A stretch of 59,112 nucleotides of DNA, counting the filler, from Platydemus manokwari (lineage: Eukaryota), in the NCBI GenBank assembly GCA_037951405.1. It is 6 parts of 6 records of this genome, joined end to end, with 100 filler letters (N's around TTAATTAATTAA, not from the genome) between each part and the next. Parts side by side here need not be neighbours in the genome. Positions count along the whole stretch, not along the records: positions 9,612 to 18,758 come from JBBMOY011292540.1; positions 18,859 to 28,762 come from JBBMOY011190877.1; 4 more parts are not named here. The stretch is one strand, 5' to 3'. The stretch's first letter is position 1, and every line of letters starts with the position of its first letter. Made by a program: the position numbers and the translations under genes. Shown here in pieces: positions 12,411 through 25,870 of the stretch. Below the pieces are notes generated by a model. That model did not search any database and was not told the DNA's origin. It saw only the letters and a list, made by a program, of their open reading frames with translations.

Positions 12411-15400
12411 TCATTGTGAACTCGATGTAAAAACTTGATTTGCAGGGATAATTGAATCTAATTTCGGTTCTGTTATTTCATCTAACTTTGGTTTATTATT
12501 GATTTGAAGAGGTTCATTAGGAACAAATTTGTATTTGTCCGAGTATCGAAACTTTTTAAACCGTGGATTCGATTTAAGACCTTTCATTTTTTCACGCATT
12601 TTCAACAGTCTGGCACTTAATTCTCCTTCTGGACAAGTGTTTCCTCGATTTATCCGTACATAATGTCTAAAACCTGTAATCAGAATGATTTATCAACAAA
12701 ATCAGCCACACCTAAACCTATAACAACCTTTAAGATGTAAATCAAAAAAATGTTGATTAGCAAAAGATATCTGACAAACATCACACCAAAGCTCATAGTT
12801 TTTCGATCTATTTAACATATTTAATGCATGCTTCGGTGTTTGATAGTGTACGATGGCTTCATCTGGATTCTTTAACGTCACATGACAGAATCCACAATGA
12901 TCAACGCTGGTTGCTGTATCAGTTTTCTTTACCTGAACGATTACAATAATGTTTACAATAACAATATCTAACTTAATAATACAATTTATCAGCACTAAAT
13001 ATAGTAATTTTTTTTCCTTCCTCACAATATACCAATGTGTTTTTGCGATGTTTAGGCCTTTATTTAGTGACATCTTGGTAAGAATTCATAAAAAACATTC
13101 GAATTGTAAAATTTTGAAATACAAAAATTTTTTATTTATTATTCAAAATTTCAAGTGGGGATTAAAAAACAAAAAAGGAAATATCACTCATAATGCATTT
13201 GTTTCGAGTGAAAATATTATTGTTCATTATGTAATATTAACAATTATATTTTATCGTTATAAATCTGAATATATTTGTCAGATTATTTCCTTGAAATAGA
13301 ATTAATCTAGAAATAATCAAATGAAAATAATCGATATAGTTCTTGTTGAGTTTATTATAAAAACATTAAATGTAGTGACGGCATTTGACAAACACTTTTT
13401 ATATAAAATTAATGTAATAATATACAAAGTTACCTATTAAATACATATTTTATTAAAAAATCAAAAATTCTAACAAAATATTTATTACTACAAGGTTATG
13501 AAGCCAATTTGGAAGTCCCCATCACGCGTCTTTAAACATTTGTTTTATTTTGTTAGTGTTAATATGAATATAAAGCTAGCTTTTCGAGAAATATCACTTA
13601 TATAAGAATAGCCTTATATTTTAGACCTTTAAATTTCTTCAATTAATAGACATATTTTTTATTTATTTGCGGTAAAAAGCAGGATTCTCATATTTGGACT
13701 AACGTAGTAATTATTAATGAATTTTAACACACACACATATATATATGTGTGTGTGTGTTTTAACACCTTGACGGACACTTGCGTCTATAACCGTCAAAGC
13801 GAAGTTCACTATGTGGCATGACGGCAATAGCCGTCGAAAACGAAATGGTCTCTTTTGGACAATGCGGCTACAGCGGCACAAATGTGCATTTACCGGTGTA
13901 CAAATAGAAGAATATTGTCATGTTTTGGAAACAATTCTTTCGGTTGACTTGTTTTCCACCTATTACACGACTTGCAGCTTAAGTACACACAGTGTTAAAT
14001 TTCGAACTTCATTTGTTCCTACTGTCCATCAATGTGTTAAAAAATGAATATTAATCTATAAATTCATCATTAAATTATTGATAATTCAGATTTTATAGTT
14101 TACATTATATATAATCACACAAAAATACTTGATTTTAACTAAAATAATAATAAATAAAATGCTAACCAAATTGTCAATCGATATCATCAAATAGATGAGA
14201 TATCTGTGCGAGATAGATTAAGAAATGAATGCAATTGAAAATAATAAAGCCTAAAAACTTGCCTTGAAAGGAAAGATGTGCTTTTATAATTTAAATAGAG
14301 TTCAGAAATGAATTTTAAAAAAGAGAAAAAAAACAGCAGAAAAATTCAACAATCAATATTATACTGAACAAATATACGATGTGATAGAGAAAGTAACATC
14401 TTATAAATTATAGAATTACTAAAATCCTCAAAACCTTTTGGTACAAATAATAACTGGAATGATAATATTATAAATATAAGCTGCACAAATTATATTTTTT
14501 TCTTCACATAAGCCGCGTACTAAAGGCAAATAATTCTTGTTTTAATTAAACAACCCGTGAAGCTGGTAAATTTCAAATATAATCAGTCATGCAGACATTC
14601 CATTCTTATCAAATTCAACCAACCAAGCTATATTTTAAAAATATGGAAAATGAAAAGAAAAACTTCATTGATAAAACAAACCCATTTCATGTCTAGATGA
14701 AATTAATTAGCATTTCATCACATTTCCTCACAAAATCATTACATTTTATCATTAAACAGTCACAATTGGAATTTTTTATCCAATAAATTAATTTAAAAAT
14801 TAATTAATTTTTAATTAATTAATTAAATCAAATTGCACATCTGTCAAAAATGATGCACTTGAGATTGGCGTCAAACAGTTCATGGAGAATTAAATGAAAC
14901 GAAAAATCTTCTCCATAAACGTTCTTGATTAAATGAAACCCTTACAAACAACCCTTTATATGGGTTTAAAATCATTTTAAGCCAAAACAATGGAAAGATT
15001 CTTGTCTCAATTTTTTCTTTCTCAATGTAATTTATAGCAAAAATAATAATTGAGATTTAGTGCTGATAAATTTATTGATTTCCATTTTACAGAATTCAAT
15101 ATCCGATTTGAAATTCAAACATGTATGTCTGATGGAAATCTTTTTTCGATGACAAGAAATCCATAAATACACACACACTTTGATTTCCAAAATGGATAGA
15201 TTTGTTATTAACATAAGAAAAAACAAATGAATTTAGGTTAATGTTTGAAAATATTAACCTTTTTATCAGCAGACTCATCGGTCGTTTTGTCAGTAGTTTT
15301 GCGTTTATGCTTACCACCTGCAATATTAAAATACAAATCAATCGGTCACTGTTTTTCTGTATCAAAAGTGAAATAGAGATTTGTAATCAAATTGCATTCA

Positions 15401-16209
15401 GCTTAACATCGCAATTTTTAATGACTAGATTCTGGGTCGATATTAAGAACCTGCAATTTCAAAAATACTCTTAATAATAAACAATTAATGTTTGACAATT
15501 TCTCAAATGACCTTTGAAAAAATTAATTTGTCCATTAATTAATCAAATTTGAAATTGCAATTTAATATTGACTCAATGTTGGAAAGTTTTCGTATGAAAG
15601 AAAACACTTACTTTTACGATGTTTGGTCATCGATTCTTCCATCATATAAACATCACAAATATCACAATAAACAGAAGGATCTTTTTTCAGTTTTAATTCC
15701 GCAAATCTGTTTAATTTCATTTTTTTCTGATGTCTGGCACCATCCAAATGCTTTTGCAATTGTTCGAGTTTTAAGCAATTAACTTGGCAAACATCACACA
15801 TTAAATTAGGTTTATATAAGATCTGACTTTGTTGAATGATAGATACACCGATAGGTACATTGTTTGGTTTATTATCTTTTATATATAATCCATTGCTAAT
15901 TAAAGATTCATTTTTAATTAATGCTATTTTATTAAGTGTTTTAGAATGCTTTTTCCCTTTGACATGGAAATCGTAAGCAGTTTGAGATGAACAACTTATA
16001 TTGCATATATCACATTTCACCGGTAACACTTTTTTGTTAGTTGCTGATAATTGTCGATATGAAGAATAAAGAGTTGATGTATAAGGTCCTTGATCAACAG
16101 TTCGAGAATGATAAGTAAAATAATGTTGTTTCTGCTCATCGAAATTATTAAAAAATAAGTTGCATGCTACACAACGATAATTTGAATAATGTATATGTGA
16201 ATTTTGCAT
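12411..16209 (-). CDS. Multi-zinc-finger protein, matrin/U1-type C2H2 (ZNF346/ZNF385/ZMAT-like, probably RNA binding), 374 aa, 4 coding exons
   Basis: Exons 16209-15612, 15317-15259, 12932-12728 and 12673-12411 join in phase (1125 nt). Six widely spaced fingers: CVAC..HYFTYH, CDIC..HVKGKKH, CDVC..HLDGARH, CDIC..HRKSGKH (completed by splicing), CGFC..HYQTPKH, CDVC..HLKGFRH (completed by splicing). The ATG directly follows an acceptor AG, so upstream exons may exist. Confidence 0.85.
13764..14036. mobile_element. piggyBac-type MITE in an intron of the zinc-finger gene
   Basis: TTAA on both sides (13760-13763, 14037-14040). Terminal inverted repeats CACCTTGACGGACACT versus reverse complement CACATTGATGGACAGT (13/16). 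Interior is GC-richer than the flanks. Confidence 0.7.
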
Positions 16210-19200
16210 CTAAAAATATTTATTTACACATTCAATATTTTAAATTTAAACAAAGTCATTGAGTTTCAAAATTGTTATATTAAAAATAATTTTAATTTTT
16301 AAAACTGTATTTTTAAAATACTTCCAAAGTAAAGCACTACATTAGATTAAAAATATTTAAAAAATAATTAGTAATTCAAGTCAATTTCAATAATTATTTT
16401 AACATACATATCTGTTTTAGCTTAAATTAATGAATTTTGCTTATTGATATAGTTATTCTAAATTTAAAATAAATATTCAGTTCTTAAAACCAAAAACATT
16501 TTCAAATTTCAAACTACTTTTGTATTTTATTCACCTAGATAGGTTGAATACGAAAATCCCAAATTTAACCATAAGAATATTTATATGCTTAAGGACATCA
16601 TAGTCGGATTGTGCCCGTGAAGATTTTCTTTGATCTATCGAAAATTAATTCCATCATTCATTATTTAATCTAATGTTAGTTTGGATCCTATCATGATATT
16701 CCAGTTATAATTAACTGATTGTCCGTGTATAAATGATATTTCAATAAAAATCAAGTCTATAACAATAAAATATAAAAGAAAAAACATGAATAGACACATG
16801 AAATTCCTCATGTTAAACATAACATAATATGTTAAATGAAATACTGTTGTTCTAAGAGTATAAGATTATTGGTTCAATAATGAAGACTCCAAGAACCCAT
16901 ATTAAAAAGTCTTATTGAAATTTTAAATAGCAAAGATTAGACTGAAACAAAATGACAAGGTAGTCTATATGTTTACGAAGAATAGAACGAATATAAATTC
17001 TGAGAGTTGATCCAAGAATTATCTCATTTCATTCAATTCTGATTTTCACGACCAAATGAACTCTAACAAATGATTAAAATATATAAATTATATATGTTGT
17101 GGTTTGGGTCTTTTATTACTTAAATATGTGAGTTCTATATACTACCGGTTGAAGCGCAATGCCAATCCGCTAGGTGCGTGCTCATATATTATTATTCAAT
17201 AAACAAATATTAACAAACAATTATTACAATGAAAGCCAATTATAAAATGTATTTTCCTCTTTATTACAATGTACAAATGTTCCAATGTAATTTTACAAAT
17301 ACAAAAAAAACCCCTCATAAAATTCCCATCAAATTACTTTTCCAAACAAACAAAATTTCCAGTTATCAACGCGCAGATTAGAAAAATATTTTCAACAAGG
17401 GAAGGCTCCGATAGCGAACCTCCTTTGTGTTGATATAAAGTTTAATTTTATATATATTACAATATGGGCGAGCCCCTCAACTACGTATATTGTTTCCTTT
17501 TAGATATATTCAAGTATCACACCTTTATATTTTTTGCGTCGTTTATTTTATGTTGTATCAACTTTTCACAGAGTGCTTTTGATAGTCTAAATTTTTAGCT
17601 CTTTGAAGATCGTCTGGTAATCTTTTTGCGAGTGAAAATAGTGGCTTTGCACTCCTTATATAGTGTTTTCTAGGACGGATTCTGAATAATCGTTTTAAAT
17701 TATTATTTTCTTTTTTCTTATTAGATATTGAAATTATTTTCTAAATCCGCCTAGATTAATAATTTTAATTTATTATTCACTCGAATTATTCATAATATTT
17801 TTCTTTTTCTCCTACATTTAAAATATCAATTTTCGTCTACAACGACCACATTTTAATTAATTATTTTTTATCCATATTTATAATTTATTATTATTATTAT
17901 TATCCTATAAAATAATAATTATTATTATTAATATTGTTCTAAATATAACATATAATTTGAATTTTATAATTTTTTATTTTTCTATATACAATTTTTTCAC
18001 AAAGATTTTCTCAATAAAAATCAAATTCAAAATACAAAATAACGGACGGAGAGATTTAATTTCAGAAACGGAGGAATTATTTGTCGACAATGAATATAAA
18101 TTATTAAAAATGAGCGTTATATGAATGAAAAACGATAAAAAATAAAATTCTCACTCTTTGAATCCTTGAAAAAACAAAATTAATCCACGAATTCCATAAG
18201 GGTCAAATTCGAATAGTGGCTCCAAAAATAAGATTTCGAAAAACGATTCACAATGGTTTCGCTAATAGTGCCGAAAACTTCTGATGATTGCTCCAAAAAA
18301 TACAATAATATATCCACACGATTCTAATATGCTATCTTCGTCCGTTAGAGATTTTTGAAAATTAAATAATGGTGGTAAATTGTGTCTGTAATAACTTGTG
18401 CGTGTCACCGATGATCAACACTGGTATTTATAGTAGCTGATCATGTTTATTTTTCCCATGTGGATAATTTGGTAATTTCTACACGCATTTTTATTTATTC
18501 TAATTAATTATTTTCACGTGGTCTTTTCGCTCGTTAATTCCATTTAATCGTCCGATTTTTCTCATGATTTATAACCGTCCATTTTTCTCATTTATTTTTA
18601 ATTAACCAATTCCACACTTTTATATTTTTTATTATTCTTCGTATTTACTTATTTTATTTATTTCATTATTTATTCTATCATTATTATATATTTTTTCTTT
18701 ACTTATTTTATTTATTATATTAATATTCCTATCATAATTAATATTATTATTCATTCATNNNNNNNNNNNNNNNNNNNNNNNNNNNNNNNNNNNNNNNNNN
18801 NNTTAATTAATTAANNNNNNNNNNNNNNNNNNNNNNNNNNNNNNNNNNNNNNNNNNNNAATAATTAAAATACAAGATTAAAACTATTAAAAATAGTACCA
18901 AAAGATAATTTTAAAAAGTTATATTAAAAATTAATACAGTATATTAATATTTATAAAAGGATCTTGCTTAAAAAATCGTGTTAAACTCTCAGTTTTAAAA
19001 TTATTTAAATTAATTAAAGTAAAATTTAAATCTTTTTAAAAATAATAATATGTAATATTACAATGTGAGCATTTTCATATTTAAATTAAAAATGAAGACA
19101 AATCAAATGGAAATAAATTTAAAATTTATTTAAAAATTGATGTATTGGCGGATAGATTTTTTGTTCTGTTGTAAACATGGTTTTTGAGTTGAATATTAAA

Positions 19201-20790
19201 AATAAAGAAATTTTGGCAATAATAATATTAGAAGCCGTATTTGAAATGATAATAATAAAATTAGTGATGATGTTGATATTAATAATTAAATGAATCAAGA
19301 ATTGAGCATGTGAAAATATCTACAGATAATCTATTCATATACTTCATCTGTATCACACAGCACATGAAATCCAACATTTATTAGTTCACTTGTCATTGGA
19401 TTCAAACACAGTCATTATAATTTCAATATCATTTCACTGCTTTACTGAGTGCACTTGTTGTGATTAGATTTTGATTCAATATCACCACTGACTCTATCGG
19501 TGTTATTTAAAGTTCAAATTAATAAATACTCTTCTGACCTCAGCTAATTATCTAACTGAAAATTATATATGAAATTCGTGATTATTATTAATAATAAAAT
19601 AATAATGATCTGTGGATAATTTAATTATTCTCTAGACATGGTAATTATCAACACAAAGCTATTATATTTAATTGAAAGAAATCTGTCAAAATATTTGAGT
19701 GAGAAAGAAAATGAATAATTAGAACAATGAATTTTGGTTATGCATCACAAAAGTTGACTGACGAAAATTTATGAACATTATCAAACCTATATAAGAACAT
19801 ACAATTGTAGCAACATAATAAAAGTAATGATTTTTTCAAGTTTATCACGGGTGAAATTGATTTGAGAATTTTAAATAATCTTATCCCAATGAAAAATAAT
19901 TTTATATTTTTTTTACCGTGAAAAATAATGGTTGATTATTGTCTTAATTATCATAAAACAGTATAATGATATTTGAAGAAATAATTTTATTAAGGCATTT
20001 ATAATAAATGAGATGGGTGGTGTCGAATATAAACTAACAATGAGGTCTGAAAATAATAATTTAAACTACAAAAATCACAAGTTCGACTTGCCAATAGCTA
20101 CAATTATAATTGTATTTCAAGACAATAGTAAATCATCACTCAAGACGGCATTAGCATCCGAAAGACGGATACAGAATAAAAGACTTCCAAAAAGACTGGC
20201 TGTTGTGAAGAATTACACAAAAGTCAAAGCACAGAATAAACGTTACCGACCAAAGTAGACTGGCAGTTGCTGATGAAACCCAACCTGTTTCATACACTTA
20301 TTGTGTTTGTCAACTTGAAGTCCCAGAACGTCGTTTATCACTTGTTGAATACGTTCGTACATAGTTATGTTAGTAATTTTTCATGGCAAATATCGGTTGT
20401 TTGTTGTCTTTTGTTGGTATGCGCCAGTCGATTATTAACTTCTAAATACGGATAAATATTTAAAGGAATTTGATTGGCTTTTGACCAGTGTGTCTATCAA
20501 CCCTTTAAGAGTATTTCCATAGGTTCCATTAACATTTTGACTGTTTTTGTGACCTACCCAAAGGTGGTAATGTAATCAATGACAAATTCAGTCACTAGAT
20601 TCATCTTCAAATTTGAGTGGCCATTCTGACGGCTTATAATTAACCAAATTATCTTGTACTGTACATAGCAAAATTTTAAAATTACAAAATATCTATTTTT
20701 CAATTGATCAAATTGATGAGTGGAGACGAAATCTTGCAAAATAAAAACGATTTTGCAGCTTGGAACCTTTATTTCATCATTTTAAGCATT

Positions 20791-21110
20791 TGCATACCTA
20801 CATAACCATGCAGAGATAATAACAAACCAATCATAGCTGATTTAAATGCAAAATTTCTAAATCGAAAAATGGACACACACATAGAAATTTTATTACCGAG
20901 AACGCAAAATCAATAAATCTAAGAGAACCTTGAGAAATAAAAGATCAAATCAAAATGTGATACAAAAAAGTACACACAAATTTCAAGTATAAATACTGAT
21001 GTTAAGTAAAATGATACTCAGTTACCAGTTGGAAGTCGAGTTTTATGTTGTTGTTTAATATTGATTTATAGAGTTGTGTTGAGTTTCAAAGTTATTCTTA
21101 GGCACTTACT
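20791..21110 (+). repeat. Old LTR-like dispersed repeat related to 57493-57782
   Basis: Shared colinear blocks TGxAxACCTACA..AACCAATCAT and TAxAAATACxGATGT..GGAAGxCxAGTTTT; boundaries approximate. Confidence 0.45.
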
Positions 21111-24100
21111 GATTAGTATGTTCTATTGAAATACAATTTGCAACCTTTGGTTCTTTTGAGCCCCAACAAAATCAACTTCGTTTATCTAAATTTCTTGACC
21201 AAATTGAAATAGGAAAATACCAACAAATCAACTTATAAACTCACTTCACATTCTAAACCAAAAAGATGAAATTTTATTGATTTCTTTTGAGATTTTTCAT
21301 CCAATACATTGCATCAGCTATTTTTGATCTTTTAAAATTAACTTATTCTCATTTATTTTTAAAATCAAATACATGATATTTAGCTAATTAAATTTAACTA
21401 TCTATCGATGTATAAACCATTTATTAAACGGTGAAATCTATCGGCCAAGCTATTTATCAAAATGAATAAATCATCATAACTATCATAAACACTAATTGTT
21501 TCTCGGTGCTATTACAAATTATTATTTGAACAGACAAACCTTTTCGTCGGTTTCAGTGATGATTTCGTCTATCAGAATTATCATTTAAGAGATTAATTTC
21601 AGTTCTATTAATATTCTATTTTCTTTCCAATTTATAATCATATCGAAAGGAAAAGCTTTTAAATACCAGCTGAGAAACAGGAACAATCAATGTTTCCAAT
21701 TTTTTACAAGGTTTAAAAATAAAAAAAAATTAAATTTCTGTTTTTCGAAACCAACCAACGTTTCAAATGGATTGTTTTTTTCGTTGAATTTCTATGGCAA
21801 TTTTTACATTGTTTTGTGAGAGAATTTTCATTTCTTCACAATGCATTGTCGACTAGACGAATTGCCCCAAACTTATTTGTAAAAAAAAGACATTTATCGT
21901 AAAAGAAAATCGATAACAACTTCGCATTGAAAGGATTCGTTTTTCAGAGATTATCAAAACAATTTAACAATCAATTAATTCTTCCAAAAATAAAATCGTA
22001 ATTTGAAAATTCAACGGCAATGTTTTCTTTGACGCTTTCAGAGAGACATGAACGAAATTACTTCTTGAAGTAGTTCTCATGAATTCACTTTCACGGCTCT
22101 CATCGAACACCCGTTATTATTCGAAATGATTATGAACATTAAAACAAAACTTACAGACAGATTTGATATTTTCAATAATTTCTTTTCGCACACATCTCAC
22201 AATGGGGAACAGGTGCAACAGAAATTGCTCTAATGAAGTTTGTAATAAAATGCCAAAAACAAATTTTCGCGCGAAAAAACAGTCACCAGAAAATTTCTAT
22301 TCGCATCAAAGACTTTCCATTTCAGCATTTTAAATTTTATTTTATTATTATTAATGATTTCAATATCAAATTTATCCAAAATAAATCATTATAAAATAAT
22401 GAAATTATTGATTGAAAAATACAAAATAATATAATGGTAAGCGTTATTGGTCATTCACCGTAATCTCTGGATTGCAATGGATTCACCCGGTACAATAGAT
22501 AGTCTAATGAATAATAGATATAAGAAAGATTCTCACAAAAAACATTAAGGTTTGCATTATAGTAACTCATGATTGGATCTATGGAATGCCCTCGTTTTCT
22601 GTTTCGAACAACAATGGAATGATTTGAAATCTGTTTCCTGAACTTCTTACCAGCTGAAAAGTGTACTAATAGAGTAACGATAGTTGCAAATATCGTTATT
22701 TTATTATGTGGCAATGATCTTAATGTTGAGCTTACTGATGATTTTAGCTGTCCATCATAACCGAATAATTTGCTCTGTGTTTGAGTTCTCGTTGTTTTAA
22801 TAAACAGTGTTTATAATTCTGAAATAATTCTCCCTGGACTGATTTTTTGTTTGGCAACATAATTGCAATAATTTTATCGTCCTTAGATACCTAAATTTGC
22901 TGATCTACTATCTTCACCAAATCACAGACGACCTGCTGATTGACCACCTTTCTTAGGAAATCAGAAGAAAGTAAAGAAAATTATAGTCTTAATAATTTAA
23001 ATCGAAATACAACAAATTCTTTGATAGTCAAAAATTTGGAAATTATGTAAATTTTTAGACGGAAAATTATATTTGTTGTACTTCACTCCTACTCTGACAT
23101 TAATAGTATCTGACAATTTTGATGTTCAGGAGGCTAAAAGATTTGAATTTTATTATAAGGCTAGTAAAAAATGTGTTGATTTGATTTCAAAATAACTGAT
23201 TTTCTTTCTAAAAAGTAGAGCGAAATGAACTTATAGAGCTTATTATTAAAAAAAATTTAAACTTCTTTCTTTAAAATTAAATTCGGAAAAGTTTCTATCA
23301 CTGTCCTATATGCATTTCGATACATCAAAGATTTGAAATCAATCAATTATTGCTTAGCAGATTTATTGACCAAATCCTCTTTTATTTTAGTGGGTTCAAT
23401 CAGCCCAGTTAACACAAAAGTGCTCTATAATTCTCAATCTACCTTAATATAACTGGAGAGAAATAAGAATAGATAATTGCATCACCATAGTGACTGAATT
23501 AATTCCTTGTTATTAACATCGAGCCACAGATTATTACACTAACAGCTCTACAAATTCAACAGGACCACGAGATTTTCTCCACTTTACAAAAAGGTCATCT
23601 ACGTACTTTTTTGACTCTAGGATCTTTTGATACCTTTTGAATGACACAGTTTTAATTTCCTGGTTACGTTAAATCTTGAAAAGTTCCGTGGTATTTATTC
23701 CGCAAAATGTCTCTCAATAAACCCAGATGGTTTTGGTATCAAAGAAGGACGTACTGTACCAATCAACAATGACCGCAGTCCATTTCAATAATTTTCGATA
23801 ATTTCAATGAGAAAATATAAAAACATAATTGCACTTGTACATGACTCATCAACAATATTATACCATCAAACCACGGCTAGGATTGAATTTATAAACACTT
23901 CATAAAACGTAATGAGTTCAACATAATACGGTTAATTCAATGGCCAAAAATGTCGTCATACCCAGATAACTGTTTTGTTTTGTTACTAAACGTAACAAAA
24001 CATATAGAATAAATTAACAATTTTACTATAAAACTCATAATTTAGCCTGATACTGGTCATATGTAATATTTTAATGAGATAGACTCAAATAAAATTAATT

Positions 24101-24644
24101 GGATTTAGTAAGAATCTTTAAATGGAAGATAAAATATTTAATGCAATTATTTAGACAGATTTCTAGACTTTGAGACCGTTACACAACAATTTTGTTATTC
24201 GAAGATCAGCATCGCGAGGATTTTATGTAATTCGTTCGAATTAAAATTGATTTGATAGTCTATGGCTGGAATGAAGTCAATATTCCCATATGATCAGTTT
24301 CAAAAGTGATTTTCTTTCGGAAAGAACTCAAATTTACCAAATGGAGATATATTCTGTCCATTGATAATCGAAATGAAATCATTATGTCGAAATAATTCGA
24401 TTTGTGATATTTTTATTGGTGCCATGCAATATCAATGAAGTCAATAATTAATTCTATTTTTATTTTCTTCTCTTATTTTTCTTTCTTTTATTAGTCATAT
24501 TTGTAAATTTTGTTTTAGTTTATTGCTTCTACTAAATTCAAAATATTATTTCTTTTAATGAGTATTAAAATTGGATTCTCAATATTATAAGCACTGGCAA
24601 TTTGGTAGCTTATTTTAATTTAATATTTTTCTTCAATATTCTAT

Positions 24645-25072
24645 TATTTATTTGGTCACAAAACACTCACGCCTACGATTTTTCGAATTCTCAAAACAAA
24701 TGTTAAAGTCGATCTCCGTAATGGCCTTCAAAACCTGCCTTGATTTCACTTTTATCTCTTAAGATCCAGTTAAAATGTTCTCAAACACAAGCCATACATG
24801 GTACCAGAATAATAAGCTCTGTTAACTGCTGACATGTTGTGCAACAGTAGATGTTTGTGGTGAGCTCGAATGTGGTTGGTTTTCCACAGTTTCGGGACGG
24901 TTTTTGAACAACTTCTTTGCTTAATAAGATCAGACATTTTAAAAATTGAAAAAAGCACTTTTTGTTTAAATAACTTCAAGAGTTGAAGAATTGGGCATGA
25001 AATTTGATACTGATGTCATAGACATGACTACCAATCTAAATAAAGTATTTACGCAACTTGATACATCCTATA
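24645..25072 (-). mobile_element. Internally deleted mariner (Tc1/mariner) transposon remnant
   Basis: Minus strand gives a mariner-like N-terminus MSDLIKQRS, a PKLWKTN segment (cf. RPELWKNN) and a C-terminal LKAITEIDFNICFENSKNRRREC (cf. LKAIPxxDFxxCFExWKKRWxKC). Confidence 0.6.
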
Positions 25073-25870
25073 ATTTAAAATTAAAATTTTCCGGTAATAT
25101 TTAATCGCAATAGTAAATCCATTATTCACAACAAATTTAAACTGTTAGCACTAGATGGGCGTTTTTAACTTATGAATTTATATAATGCCTGACATTTTTA
25201 ATACTACTGTCATTCATTTCGTCTATTCCTCCCTCTTTTCATTGATGAACATTCCAAACCATTTATTTCATTTTCGTAAAATACAATTGTATTTATTCCA
25301 CCTGATCGTTGTTACTTGTGTAACTCTTCACTATTCATTTTATATAATTAAATACCGTAGCCATTATATTCACATTATAACCATTGTTTTGGAATAACAT
25401 TTATTCATTATAGTTTTGCTTATATTATCTCTTTGTGTTTTTCTATTTCTTCACAGAAATAACTTTCTGGTTTCGATGATCAGATCAATAACAAGTAGTG
25501 CAATATATCAAGTTAATAATAACACAGTAAACCAATCATTTCATGGTTTCTCGGCTCATAATTATCGTATCGGGCCTTGAATCAACGGTTATTTTATTCA
25601 CACTTGCTATTACTCATCATTAGAGCATCTCTTATAATTATATTTTAGCTTTATTACAGCATACATCTTGCTAGTAGTATCTACCTCATTTAAATTTTAA
25701 AATTCGCTACAATTAGTCATTGAGAAGATTTTTGAAGTTATTAAAATTATTTTTCTAAAAACATTTTTTTAAAAAATAAAATATTTCAAAGAGACCTGCT
25801 AATCTCCATCAGCGATATGAAAATATTTAAATTATTCAAAAATCGTTCCATAATAAACTTTTAAAAATTC

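Noticed and set aside
17095-17461. Possible solo LTR (TGTTGT...TTACA)
   Set aside because: TSD is imperfect and low-complexity (ATATA/ATATG) and there is no second copy in the window.
22925-22965. Minus-strand PKKGGQSAGRL resembling the eRF1 GGQ loop
   Set aside because: Flanked by stops with no other eRF1 similarity; probably chance.
23540-23680. Minus-strand KKYVDDLFVKW resembling an RT YxDD motif
   Set aside because: No upstream RT motifs found in frame; a single short motif is insufficient.
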